Of a stretch of 64,000 nt of DNA, positions 25,829 through 36,736 are shown piece after piece. The DNA is taken from contig CAWKDB010000009.1 in the NCBI GenBank assembly GCA_963848295.1, forward strand, positions 16,682 through 80,681, written 5' to 3'. Positions within the stretch are counted from its first letter, which is position 1; each line of letters opens with the position of its first letter. The DNA is from an uncultured delta proteobacterium (GTDB lineage: Bacteria; Myxococcota_A; Polyangia; Haliangiales; Haliangiaceae). The notes under the pieces are model-generated. The model worked only from the letters and a program-made list of their open reading frames with translations. It had not been told where the DNA came from and ran no database searches. The position numbers were made by a program, and so were the translations under genes.

Positions 25829-28800
25829 GTGGCACAGCTGGTTGATATCGGGATCCTCACGATCCGGGATGACGAGCACCAGGCGCTGCTGGATGTGTTC
25901 CCGGACGAGTTGGCGGACGGATATCTCAAGGGAAAGCATCGCGAGTATGGGCATCGTCGTGCCGACGCCGGAAAGCTCGGCAGCTACTCGCTCGCGATCC
26001 TCAAGCAGCACGAGCAGGGCAACGGTGAAGCGCAGGACGCTGCGCGCGATCTTCTGGAAGACGTCGAACCGTCCCTGCTGTTGGTCGTCGGGATCGCTGG
26101 AGGATTTCCCTCGGATGAACTCACCCTCGGTGATGTCGTCCTCTCCACGAGGATCAACGACTACTGCGTGGAAGCGAGAAAAGAAGGAGCTGAGGCGCAA
26201 TACGCCCTCTCCGGCGGCCCGATCGACAGACAGATCCAGGGTGGCATCTCGAACCTGGCAGCCCGCACAAAGGATCTCGGTGACTGGACCGCTGGCCTTT
26301 CTCAGAAGCCCGCCGTGGACTGGATGCGTGAGGGTCAGCTGTACGGACCAGCAAAGTGGCAAGAGGAGCTACGGGAGAAGCTCGATGCTCACTACGGGAA
26401 GGACGCTATCCCCAGGCCGCCGCGCTTCACATCGGGCGTGATCGCGTCGAGCGACAAGCTGGTCAAGGAGCCTGAACTTCTGTTCCCTTGGATCCAGACC
26501 GCGCGCAACCTGCTCGCCGTCGAAATGGAATCGGGCGGCGTCTACCGCGCAGCTCGCGGGCGCTGTCCGATGCTCTCGATCCGCGCACTCAGCGACATCG
26601 TCGGTCTCCGTCGGGCAAATGCGTGGACGAAATATGCGGCGGAAGCGGCGGCGGCATTTACGCGCGCCTACCTGCGCACGTCCCCCATTGCCCCAAGCGC
26701 TAGCAAGCCTACCCCGCCAGCATCGGGATCACCGCCGAGCAACATCGGCTCGACCACTCACAACGCGCTAAACATCTCGGGCAGCCACGTCGAAGCAGCA
26801 AACATCGTCGTTGGTGTCCAACAGAACTACAACATCGCGTCTTCAGCGCCATCGTTGGATGCTATTGCCAAGCTTGTCGAGCACGGACTACTGGATCCGG
26901 CAGCCGAGCAACTCGAATCCTTGGAGAGGTCCTCTTGGGCCTCGATGAGCAAGGTTGAGAAGTATCGCCATAGAAAGCTGCAGGGACGGGTTCTGGTCTT
27001 GCGTGGCCAGCCGCGAGCGGCCGCCGACCGCTACGATGAAGCGGCTAGCTTCATTCCTGAAGACGAGAAATCACACATCCATAGGATCGATGCGCTCATG
27101 CTCCGTGACGACATCGTGGGTGCACATCAACTCGCCACTCAAGTCGTCGCCCAGTTTCCGAGCCTCATCTTGGCAAGGGCTGTCTGGATACGAAGCGCGC
27201 CCACGACACGACTATCGGACGACCTCCTGCCGAAGCCTTGGGACGGGCTCGATCCTGACGTTGCAAGTGCTCTTGCCGACCGGCTCATCAACGAGAACCG
27301 AGCCAAGGATGCGCTAGAGGTCCTCCAGCGCGCGCATTCGCCCGGCGTCAACCTCCCCTTCTGGGGCACGTACTCAAATGCGGCACTCAGGTATCAGGAA
27401 CAACTCGGTAGAGAGAGCGGCCCGCCTGAACTATTGGCGGAGGGACGCGCTGCCTTGGAGAAGGCACTGAAGTTGTGTGTTGGAGAGGGATTCAGGGACG
27501 GCAAGGTCCAGCTTCTCCTGAACATGTCCTACGTGCACCGCCTCAACGGAGATCTAGACGGAGAGTGGGATTCCCTCCGAGAGGCAGCTGCGATCAGCCC
27601 CAAGAACAAAGACGTTCGCCTCCGAACGGCGAAGGTACTCGTGGACCGAGGCCGCGAGACGGAAGCGATCACGATCTTTGAGAGCCTGCTTGAGGACGGG
27701 CCGGACTACGCTCCATTTCTCCTGGGCGTCTCCTTGGCCAAGCGGAACGCTGAAGGAGACCTAGAACGAGCGGCACAGATGTTTGAGCAAACGGCGACGC
27801 TCATCACGCCGAGCGTGCCCCTTCTGACACTGGATGGAGCCGACGGCTTCGTCCAGGTTTGCCGCGCGATGAAACAGTGGGACCGAGCGCTGGCCGGATG
27901 CACTACGTTCGCCCCGATTCTTGGAGAGTTTCGCTCCAGGGAATTAGCTGCGCGGATACATCTCGAACGAGGTGACAAGGCCTCCGCGGAACGGGTTCTA
28001 GCCGATGCAGTTGAGTGGTGCACAAACCCCGAGCAACAACGAATCCTCGGTCTCCTATCCGCGCACGCGGGAAACTACGAGCGCGCGGTAGTGCAACTCG
28101 AGTCTGTCACACCCTGGAACGAGTGGACCGAGTCGACGGCTGCCTTACTGAGAGCAGCGCAGGCGACGGACCGCGATGAACTCACGATACGAATCTGCCG
28201 CCAGCTGCGGGAATCTGGCATCTCGCGCAATTCCGTGATCGATGCCGAGGCGGAGCTCTTCAAAAACGAGGAGAAACGGGAGCTGCGATTGAGCTGGTCG
28301 AGCACGCTCTCGCCACGAAGGAGGACCCGTTCCTGCGGCTGAGACTTCTCGACGCTCGGAGTTTGCGGCTGGTCGTCCGGAGCTTATCGAACGAGATCCC
28401 GCTCGCCTCCCAAAACCTGGCGACGGCGATCCACGTGTCTCGATGATTGCTGTCGGCGTCCTCCGCGCCGCCGGCTCGAACGACGCAGCAATTCGATATG
28501 CCTATGACGCGTTTAGAGCCAATCGCTCGAGTGCCGACGGCTGGCGCGCAATTCTCGAAGCATTCAACCCAGCAACGGGCCCACAAAATCATTCAGAACC
28601 TGATCGCGTCAGCGCGGATGCCGCCGTATTGGTTCGCGAAGGCCAGAATCGACGCTGGGTCATCGTAGAGCCCCGCGCCCCGGAGATCGAGCATGACGAG
28701 CTGGCGCCAGATGCTCCCCTGGTTGTCGCGATGCTTGGGAAACGTGTTGGTGACGAGTTCGAGGTGGCGCGCAACTTCGCGCTCCCTCGGACGTATGTCA

Positions 28801-30070
28801 TCGAAGAAATTCGAAGCAAGTACGTAAGGACGTACCATCGGTGCCTGGAGCAGTGGGAGGAGCAGTTCCCTGGGTTGCCGGGACCAATCATGATCGAGGT
28901 CCCGGAGAACCTGGCGGAGAACATCGAGGAACTCACACATCAGTTGCTACCGGCACTCCAAGCAAACGCGCGCAGGTCCGAGGAGATGTTTAGGCTGTAC
29001 CAGGAAAAGCCTGTCACGCTTCAAATGCTCGCTCGTGGTCTAAGATGCTCGGTCTTTGCCGCGATGAGTCAGCTGGCAGCGGACTCGGACGTCGAACTCA
29101 GGTGCACGGGCGCAGCCCCGGAGGAGATCACACGCGTTCTCGAGGCTTTGAACAGCGGCCAGAAGCTGATCGTCGAGACCACGGCCCTGTCCACCCTCCT
29201 TCTGATTGGAGACACGGAGCTCCTTTCCAAGCTCAAGGGCCGATTGCTCGTTGCCCAGGCAACGCTTGACGAGTTGCGTGCACATCGACGCGAAGTGAGC
29301 ACCCGTGGCGAGAGCTTTCTGGGCATGCACGACGGCCAGCTGACGATGCGAGAGGTCAATCCGGAAAGCCGAACAAGGTATCTAGACCACGTCGACGAGC
29401 TACTCGCGCTCTTGGCCGAGTGCGAGACCTTCCGCGAAGAACGACACGACGGGATCGCGCCTCACGACTGGGACCGGCTTGTGAACATTGGTGGCGCTGG
29501 CGCTGTGGAGTCCATCCATCGCGCCATGCGCACCGGCGAAGCAATTTGGTGCGACGACATGGTCTTGGCGTTCGTGGCACATCAACGAGGTGCGCGAGTC
29601 GCTTGGACTCAGCTGCTATGCCATCACCTGATGCTTCGCTCCGAGCTCGACTTCGACCATGCATATCGGATCAGCGCCAAGCTCGTCGGCTCGCGGTTCG
29701 TTACGACGCATACAACCCAAGGTGTATTTCGAGAGGCGGCTCGCCTTGCGAACTGAACCCCGACAACTGGCCCTTGAACCAGCATCTGCGGCTGTTCGAG
29801 GCGGCACCGTGGCCCGACGCCGCGACCGGCCTGCTTGCCGTGAGTGTACTTCGCGAGTGGTGGCGTCACGCCCCTTCGGACGCATCTGCGAACGGTGTCA
29901 CCGTTACCCTGTTGGATCGCGTCGCCCTCAGGCCGAACGGAACCGACGTCCTGATCCCTGCGATCAGTGGGGCACTTGAACGCGCATTCGGACTCGACGT
30001 CCTAGGCTATCAGCGCGCTCGCGGGGCGTTCGATGCCTGGCGTCGAGCGAGGCCCCTTCGTCAGCTGTAG
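25829..30070 (+). CDS. Nucleoside phosphorylase (PNP/MTAN) - TPR - GreA/GreB-C - PIN defence-type protein, ~1,410 aa once frameshifts near 28270-28370 and 29755 are joined
   Basis: PNP motifs [44 protein letters not shown]-like helices. GreAB-C motif [18 protein letters not shown]...YVIEEI. PIN motifs LIVETTAL...QATLDEL...IWCDD. Confidence 0.8.
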
Positions 30071-30245
30071 CCCCGTGCTAGTTTTGTCCGATGCTGCGAA
30101 CCTGTGGAGCAGGTAGTTCCGCAACCCCAGCCAAGTCGACGTACACCGCGGCGTACTGCCGGTAAACGAGACATCGCGCAACCGGGCACGTACTTTCGGT
30201 GGGGATGCGACCGAGCGTGATGTAGAGCGGGTGGGCCAGTGAACT

Positions 30246-31001
30246 TCAGCCACCGATCTCTGAGGTCGTGTGGGTCCGGGAGAAGATGAACGCGTGGATG
30301 AGCGGCACGAGAGCGTTGTTCACGCGGTCGGCTAGTAACACCAGCTCGCGGTCAGCTTCCGGCGCTCCGAACTGCAGACCCAGCATCATCATTTTCTGCT
30401 GGGCGGCAGCGTCAGCGTAGAAGAACCGCGTGCCGTCCATGTCGGGGCCGTAGCAATACTGTGCCGTCTGGTTGGCCGGGCCCGGCGTGTCCTTCGCGTC
30501 GATGACGAAGTGCTTTTTGAACCCTTCGCCCAGGTCCTTCGGACCGTAGTGGAACGAGGCGTTATTGCGGATCCGGTTGAGCAGCTGCGCCGTGTTGCCG
30601 CTCGTGTCTCGAGCGGCAAGGAAGAAGTCATCCCAAGCTCTACGGTTCTCTGACCCGAGCGTGGCGAGGAGCTGCCGGAACTCCGTGCCGAGAACGACGG
30701 CCTCGTTTTTCTTGATCACGACCATGACCTCGTGGAGCACGCCGGCGAGCCACCGATGTATCTGCGTCATTGCGCCGCGCCACTGCCCCGCGTTGGCTGA
30801 CCAGTCCGTCTTCGCGGGTCGCCCCATCGCGATCAGGTATTGCTCGAACAGCAGCATCCCCTTCATGTCGTTGAAAGCGAGCGCGAACGCGAGGAACACT
30901 TTGCCGAGCTGATCCGAGTCGTGATGGACGAGGGTACGCGGGTCGACGTCGACCTTCTCAGACAGCTCCCACGGCCGCAGCTCGTTCGGCGAAGCCGTCA
31001 T
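30246..31001 (-). CDS. Putative HEPN-domain protein
   Basis: Intact, predicted helical ~250-aa ORF with an Rx4-6H motif in LNRIRNNASFHY. Confidence 0.55.
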   Translation of the reverse strand: MTASPNELRPWELSEKVDVDPRTLVHHDSDQLGKVFLAFALAFNDMKGMLLFEQYLIAMGRPAKTDWSANAGQWRGAMTQIHRWLAGVLHEVMVVIKKNEAVVLGTEFRQLLATLGSENRRAWDDFFLAARDTSGNTAQLLNRIRNNASFHYGPKDLGEGFKKHFVIDAKDTPGPANQTAQYCYGPDMDGTRFFYADAAAQQKMMMLGLQFGAPEADRELVLLADRVNNALVPLIHAFIFSRTHTTSEIGG

Positions 31002-31183
31002 CGTGGACTCTCCGAACAGGAACTGGGCAAAGGCCCGCTTGAGCCGCGCGAAGGGCACCAATAACGGCGCTGGCGGACTGATCTGATCTCGCGGGCTTGC
31101 GCAGCTGCGGTCGGATCCGCAGAAAGGGGAACTTTTCCCGGTCGCGCCGGAATTTCGGAACGGTGGCGATTGTCTTCAGGGCG

Positions 31184-33355
31184 ATGGAAGCTCTCGACCT
31201 CGCCTTGCAGGAGTTGCCGCGGTCATCGAAGTACGAGGTCCGTCGGTTTTCGGACGATGGCGCAGTCGTGGTCGATGGCACGATCGCGAACGTGTTCATC
31301 GGCGGCACGCTGATCGGCACGTTCGACGAGGAGGACGATGATCGCGGACCGAGGAACGTCCTCGTGGTGACGCTCGCGAAGTCAGGGCAGCTCCATCTGC
31401 AGCGCCTGGCGGCGGCGTTCGGGCTCGACGACGAGTATGTGCGGCGACTGCGGCGTAAGGAAGAAGCAGGCGGTTTCGGCGCGGTGCTGGGAAAGCGGCA
31501 AGGCAAGAACTCGACGGTGAGGCCGGAACTACGCGCAGCGTGGTTCGCGATGTTCGACGCAGGACAGACGCCCAAGGATGCACACCGCGAGCAGCCGCGG
31601 AAGGGACGACATTCGTACTCGACGGCGTGGCGCATCCACGACGAGTGGAAACGCACCCGAGCTGCCGAGCCGACGAAGCGCACGCTGCCGGCGGAGCCGC
31701 GGCCTCCGAGCGAGGGTCAGCTGGTCTTGTGGCAGACGGCAACCGCGGCAACCGCCGCCGAAGACCTCGTAATGCCCGAAGAGCCGAGCGCAGAGATCGT
31801 GCCGATGACGGCGCAGCCGGTCCGTGGCGGGAAGATGATCCAGCACGTGGGCAGCTGGATGCTACTTGCGCTCGCGGGCGAGCTCGGGCTCCACGAAGAA
31901 GCGCAACATGCGTTCGAGAGCCGAAATCGCGACGGGCTGAGGATCGCGCTCGACGCGGTGATCTGTGCGCTCGCGATCAAGCAGTTCGTCGTCGAGGGCG
32001 TGCGACGACTCGCGACTCCGACGGGGCCTGCGCTACTTCGTGCCGAGCGCGTGCCGACGCCCAGTGGCGTGCGCAAGCTCCTGGGGCGGCTGCTCGAGCA
32101 GACCGACGGTGGCGCGGCGCTCGACGCCCGGATGGCGGCACGCTTCATCGCCGCGGCCCGCAGCGACGACGGCCCCGCCGTCTTCTACATCGACAATCAC
32201 ATGCGGCCCTACACCGGCCAGCACGTCGTGCGAAAGGGCTGGCGGATGCAGGACCGTCGGGTGCTACCCGGCACGAGCGACTATTACGTGCACGACGAGG
32301 ATGGTCGGCCGGTGTTTCGCGTCGCGGTCCCGTCGCACGACAGCCTGACCACCTGGCTGCCACCGCTGGCCAAGCGATTGCGCGAGGCGCTCGGCAAGGA
32401 CGAGCAGATCGTGCTCGCCTTCGATCGCGCCGGCGCCTTTGCCGAGCCGCTCGCTGACCTGCGCGACACCGGCTTCGACTTCGTGACGTACGAGCGCAAG
32501 CCTTACCCCGAGCTACCGGCGAGCGCCTTTTCTCCGACGACGATTGCCGGAGACAAGGTCGGGCTGCACGAGAGTCGGCTGCGCAACCTCGGCGCCGGCC
32601 GTGGCCGCATTCGCCGGATCGCGATCCGGACCGAGGACGGTCGTCAGGTAAACTTCCTCGCGAGCTCGAAGCTGCCGGCCGCGCAGCTCGTCGAGATCTT
32701 GTGGCATCGGTGGCGCCAAGAGAATGGCTTCAAGCACGGCGTCGAGCGCTGGGGCATCAACCAGCTCGACGGTCGCAGCGTCGAGCCGTATCCGCCGGGC
32801 ACGATCATTCCGAACCCGAGACGCCGTCGGCTCGATCGTGCCTTGCGCCTCGCACGCGTCGCCGAAGGAGATGCGCGGCGCGACCTCGCGCGCTTCGCAC
32901 CGACCGACAAGCGCCACGTCGCGGCCGAAGTGGACCTCGCCGATGCGCTCGAGCGGCAGCACCGCCTCGAGGATCTCCGGCCATGGCTCCCGTCGCATGC
33001 CCCAGTAGAGGAGACCGAGCTCGCCGGCAAGCTCGTCCGCCACGACGGCAGACTCAAGACGATCATCGACGTGATCCGCGTCGTCTGTGCGAACGCGGAG
33101 TCCGACCTCGCGTCGATGCTCGCACCGCACTTGCGCCGGCCGCGTGAGGCCAAGAAGCTCGTCGGGAATCTCCTCGCGGCCCCCGGAAGCGTCGCCATCA
33201 CCGACGAAGCCGTCCACATTCGGCTCGCGCCGGCCGCGACACCCTCCGAGCGGCAGGCGATTCAGCATCTCTGTACTGCCATCAACGAGCGCCGACTCAC
33301 CCTCCCAGGAGATCCGAAGCGCCTCCCGCTACGCTTCAGCCTCCACCTTCAGTAG
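31184..33355 (+). mobile_element. DDE transposase (IS4-superfamily-like) with long N-terminal HTH-containing extension
   Basis: FYIDNH...VLAFDRAG...RWRQENGFK gives a D-D-E triad with RWxxE signature. The ORF is intact. Element ends were not resolved. Confidence 0.8.
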
Positions 33356-33384
33356 ATGCTCCGTTATGAACTCTGGGGCACTGG

Positions 33385-33717
33385 TCAGTCCGCAGATGCG
33401 GACTCGTTGGCTACAGCCTCGACCTCAGCTTCCTCGACGTCGATTGCAGCGGGCCGCGCTCCCGCTCGCACGAGAGTGGCTGCCTGGTCCCGCGTGACGA
33501 TGAAGGACTCGGTCTCCTTGCCGTCGCGATGGACGTGGGCGACGCGGTGGCCGCGAGAGAGGTGGTCTAAACGGCCGCGAGCGTCTGCGGTCGCGACCTC
33601 GGGGGTGGCGCCCACGCCATGGGCGAAGACGGTGCTGATGCGCACCTCGTGCGCGGGATTCCGGGCAGCGAGGTCGGCGAGCGTGCGCTGGACTCGAGCT
33701 TGGGTCTCGGGGTTCAT
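33385..33717 (-). CDS. Hypothetical protein (110 aa)
   Basis: GAAGGAG RBS before the ATG (MNPETQARV...) and plausible composition. Confidence 0.5.
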   Translation of the reverse strand: MNPETQARVQRTLADLAARNPAHEVRISTVFAHGVGATPEVATADARGRLDHLSRGHRVAHVHRDGKETESFIVTRDQAATLVRAGARPAAIDVEEAEVEAVANESASAD

Positions 33718-33922
33718 GGAGTACTCCTTCGGACTGATCGCATGGTGCCAGCGGGGGCTGACATCGGTGTCCCTGCCGATCTCACGGCAGGAGTTCGAGG
33801 GCAACCGCAAGTACGGTGACGATGATGCACCGACGACGTCGTCGACTGGCGTCCCGCGTGATGGCCGGCGAGTCGCCGTTCGCGTTGACGTACGGAAATG
33901 GCGACTCGTAGTAGTATTGGGA

Positions 33923-34618
33923 ATGGGGCATGGACGGCGCTGGATGGACATCCTGGCAATTGCCGCATTGCTTGCGAGTTGCGGCGCCACCGGCGAGATG
34001 GGCGTTCCTGGATCGGAGGGAGCGCAAGGCTCAGCGGGGTCCCAAGGACCGCAAGGGCCAATCGGACCGGCTGGTCCTGAGGGCCCTGCCGGTCCCTCGA
34101 CGGGGATTCGCTGGGCGGATGCGAACGGAACGCTCGTCCCGGGAGCCTTCGGACTGACGGAGAGGCTGCCCCTAGACAACACGACGTTCTCTGGGACCGA
34201 AGGCTATCGAGAGGCTCTGTACATCGATGGAAATGGCATTGTGTGGCGTTTGGATCCCGGAACTGGGACCGTCTCCGGCGATCCAAGAACCGCAAGTCAG
34301 CGGCGCATTGTCAGCACCATCTTTGCGATGCCCAACTGTGCGGGCGCACCACTTTTTCGATCAAACTACGAAACGTCAGGCATTCTCATCCCGCGAATCG
34401 CAATAACGATCGACCTTCTCGCCGGAGTGTCGGTGATCGCCCTCAACGACCAACCGACTCTGCAACAGACCCAATGGTGCTCCTTGTACGACCCCGCGCA
34501 GAGCGGTTGTCGAACATTCTCAGGATGCGGTACGACACTCGCGTACCCACAGAGCAGCGTCCACACGCTTACGCCACCAGTACTCAGCGGGCTCGCACCG
34601 TTTCATCCGATTCTATAA
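33923..34618 (+). CDS. Lipoprotein with collagen-like (Gly-X-Y) segment and Cys-containing C-terminal domain
   Basis: LLASC lipobox followed by GATGEMGVPGSEGAQGSAGSQGPQGPIGPAGPEGPAGP. The start could be 33944. Confidence 0.7.
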   Translation: MGHGRRWMDILAIAALLASCGATGEMGVPGSEGAQGSAGSQGPQGPIGPAGPEGPAGPSTGIRWADANGTLVPGAFGLTERLPLDNTTFSGTEGYREALYIDGNGIVWRLDPGTGTVSGDPRTASQRRIVSTIFAMPNCAGAPLFRSNYETSGILIPRIAITIDLLAGVSVIALNDQPTLQQTQWCSLYDPAQSGCRTFSGCGTTLAYPQSSVHTLTPPVLSGLAPFHPIL

Positions 34619-34737
34619 GGCTAGTGGCTGGGTCTGACGAGTCGCTCAATTCGCGCCGGATGTCCGCAGCCGACTGGAGGTACCATTCGAGCTGATCGAC
34701 GGTGAGCTTGTCATCGAGCACGATCTCGACCGGCTCC

Positions 34738-35890
34738 TCATGCCGCGGTCTGCGCCTCATTCGCGACAGACCCCGTCGCGCTAACGCCGTCTTTCGTCGG
34801 CGCCTTGCGCTTCGTCAGCGCGTAGACAGTCCCTGCGCCCGGTAGCACGAACGACACGCGGTGGTAGTCCTGCTCCCACGCCTCAGGCGCGAGGTGCGCA
34901 TAGACCTTCTGCGTGATGGTCACGTTCGCGTGGCCGAGGATCTTCGAGAGGCGGAAGATGTCGCCGCCATCGAGAACCCAGTGGGACGCGAACGTGTGGC
35001 GCAGGTCGTGGAATCGCAGCTGCTCCGGTAGCCCTGCCCGCTTCGCGGCCTGCTTGAACGGGAACCGCACGCCAGGCTTCGAGCGCGGCTTGCCGTCCTC
35101 GCCCGGAAACACGAGCTTCGCGCCGCCACGTTTGAGCGCCAGCTCGCCGCAGGAACGGCACGAGCGTATCGAGGATGGGAATGTGGCGAGCCTTGCCTGA
35201 TTTCGTCGTGCCGTGGCGACCTCTGTGCACCGCGATGAGCCGGCGCTCGAGATCGACGTCGGCCCACTGGAGGTGCAGCAGCTCGTCGAGGCGCATCCCG
35301 GTGCCAACGGCGAGCGTCACGATCTCGCGGATGCCCTTCGGGCACTCGACCAGCAGCTTCGTGATCTCCTCGCGGCGTCTGGATCCACGTGTAGATCCCT
35401 GCGTCCTTCTCCTCGATCCGCGACACGCCATGACATGGGTTGACCTCGACCCATTCGCGATCGACGAAGTACGAGAACGCCGACGACAGACACGGTGAGG
35501 TTGCCGTTCACCGTCGTCGCCGCGAACTGCGTTGCCTGATCGTCGCGCCACTTCATCACGTGCGGCTTGCGCAGCGACACGATCGGGACGGAGCCGAGCT
35601 TGGGCAGGATGTAGATGCGGATGCGGTCCGTGTAGCCGCCATGCGAGCGCGAGCCACTCGCCTTGAGTGACGCGAGCCACTCGTCGGTCGGCCTGCTTGA
35701 CCGTGCGATCGAGGTCCAGCTCGGGCGGCAGCTCGCCCGCGGTGATCTGTTCCTGCGTGACGATGTAGCGACGCTCGGCGATCTTCGCCTCGCGCTCGCT
35801 CTCAAAGGTCCCGACGTAGACCTTCTTCCCGTCCCGACGGCCATAGACCTGCCAGGCGATCCCACTCTTACCGTCGTACTTTGTGATCAT
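34738..35890 (-). CDS. int: Tyrosine recombinase/integrase with N-terminal arm-binding-like domain (frameshifted)
   Basis: GTGMRLDELLHLQWADVD (R), TKSGKAR (K), FHDLRHTFASH (HxxR), LGH...VYAH (H, Y). N-terminal KKVYVGTFESEREA. Confidence 0.93.
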
Positions 35891-36087
35891 GACAACGCCT
35901 CGTGGGCGCGCGGATCTACGCACGCCGAAAAAGGCTCCGTCGCCGGCTTCACGCGGCCGAGTATTCGCCAGAACCTCAACTCACGGAGGTCACCGACGAC
36001 AGAGCGACGATGGATGAAAACTCGACTGGTGATGGGCTCCGTGAGCGTTGAGGTTCTGGCGAGGACCAGCCTACGCGGCGCGGTCAT
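35887..36087 (-). CDS. Small hypothetical protein coupled to the integrase
   Basis: 66 aa. Its stop overlaps the integrase ATG (ATGA) and its start overlaps the end of the xis-like gene. Confidence 0.4.
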   Translation of the reverse strand: MTAPRRLVLARTSTLTEPITSRVFIHRRSVVGDLRELRFWRILGRVKPATEPFSACVDPRAHEALS

Positions 36088-36292
36088 CACCGTCCACCGA
36101 GGCCGCATCCTCGTTGGCAACACCCACCCGCCGCGACGCGATCCACTCTTCGAGAGCGGCCACGTCGAACACGACGATGCGCGGCGAGATGCGAATGTGC
36201 GGCACCATCCGGCGACAGACCATGCTCCGTAGCGTGCCGACCGGGATCCCTAGCAGCCGCGCCGCGTCCCGGTAGTTCATGCGCGGCGTCAC
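36071..36292 (-). CDS. Excisionase-like HTH_17/MerR-type DNA-binding protein
   Basis: MNYRDAARLLGIPVGTLRSMV...VPHIRIS...VFDVAALEEWI. Confidence 0.85.
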   Translation of the reverse strand: MTPRMNYRDAARLLGIPVGTLRSMVCRRMVPHIRISPRIVVFDVAALEEWIASRRVGVANEDAASVDGDDRAA

Positions 36293-36710
36293 GAGGCCGC
36301 CGCCTGCACTACGCGCGGCACATTGGTGTTGGCCGTGACCGCAGAGTCGACCCGCGCCACGGTGTGCAGTGCATCGTTATCGCGGTTGCCGGACCGGTCG
36401 TGTTTCTTATCCTCGTACTCGGCGAACAGCATCAGCACAAATTGCGCGCCCGAGCCGCTCATCGCGCCGGTACCGACTGCGCGAAGCACGTCGCTCTCGC
36501 TGACACCGGCGAGCAAGGCGCCAAGCGCGGCGAGCGTGCCCGAGACAATCTTCGGTGCCCAACCTTTGCGGGTGAGGATCGCGCCGAGCAGCGCCGAGCC
36601 GGCCGCGCCCGCAGCAGTGAACGCGAGTTGATGCGTCGTGGACATGTCCTCGGCCTGAGGTGCCGCTCCACGTTGCGAGGCTTGTGCTTGTCTTCGTGTT
36701 TCTTTCCCAT
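36289..36710 (-). CDS. Small membrane protein (about 3 hydrophobic helices; start uncertain, 36645 or 36710 with a frameshift)
   Basis: AFTAAGAAGSALLGAIL...IVSGTLAALGALLAGV...FVLMLF. Its stop overlaps the xis GTG. Confidence 0.6.
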
Positions 36711-36736
36711 GACGAACTCCTGATGCATGCGCTTCG

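Noticed and set aside
30078..30248. In-frame continuation past the TGA of the HEPN-like gene (readthrough or selenocysteine)
   Set aside because: No recognisable SECIS or domain, and a 55-codon open stretch is expected by chance at this GC content.
31058..33395. Terminal inverted repeats for the DDE transposase (ATAACGG/CCGTTAT and GCGGACTGA/TCAGTCCGC)
   Set aside because: The two short matches occur in inconsistent order at the two ends and no target duplication is evident.
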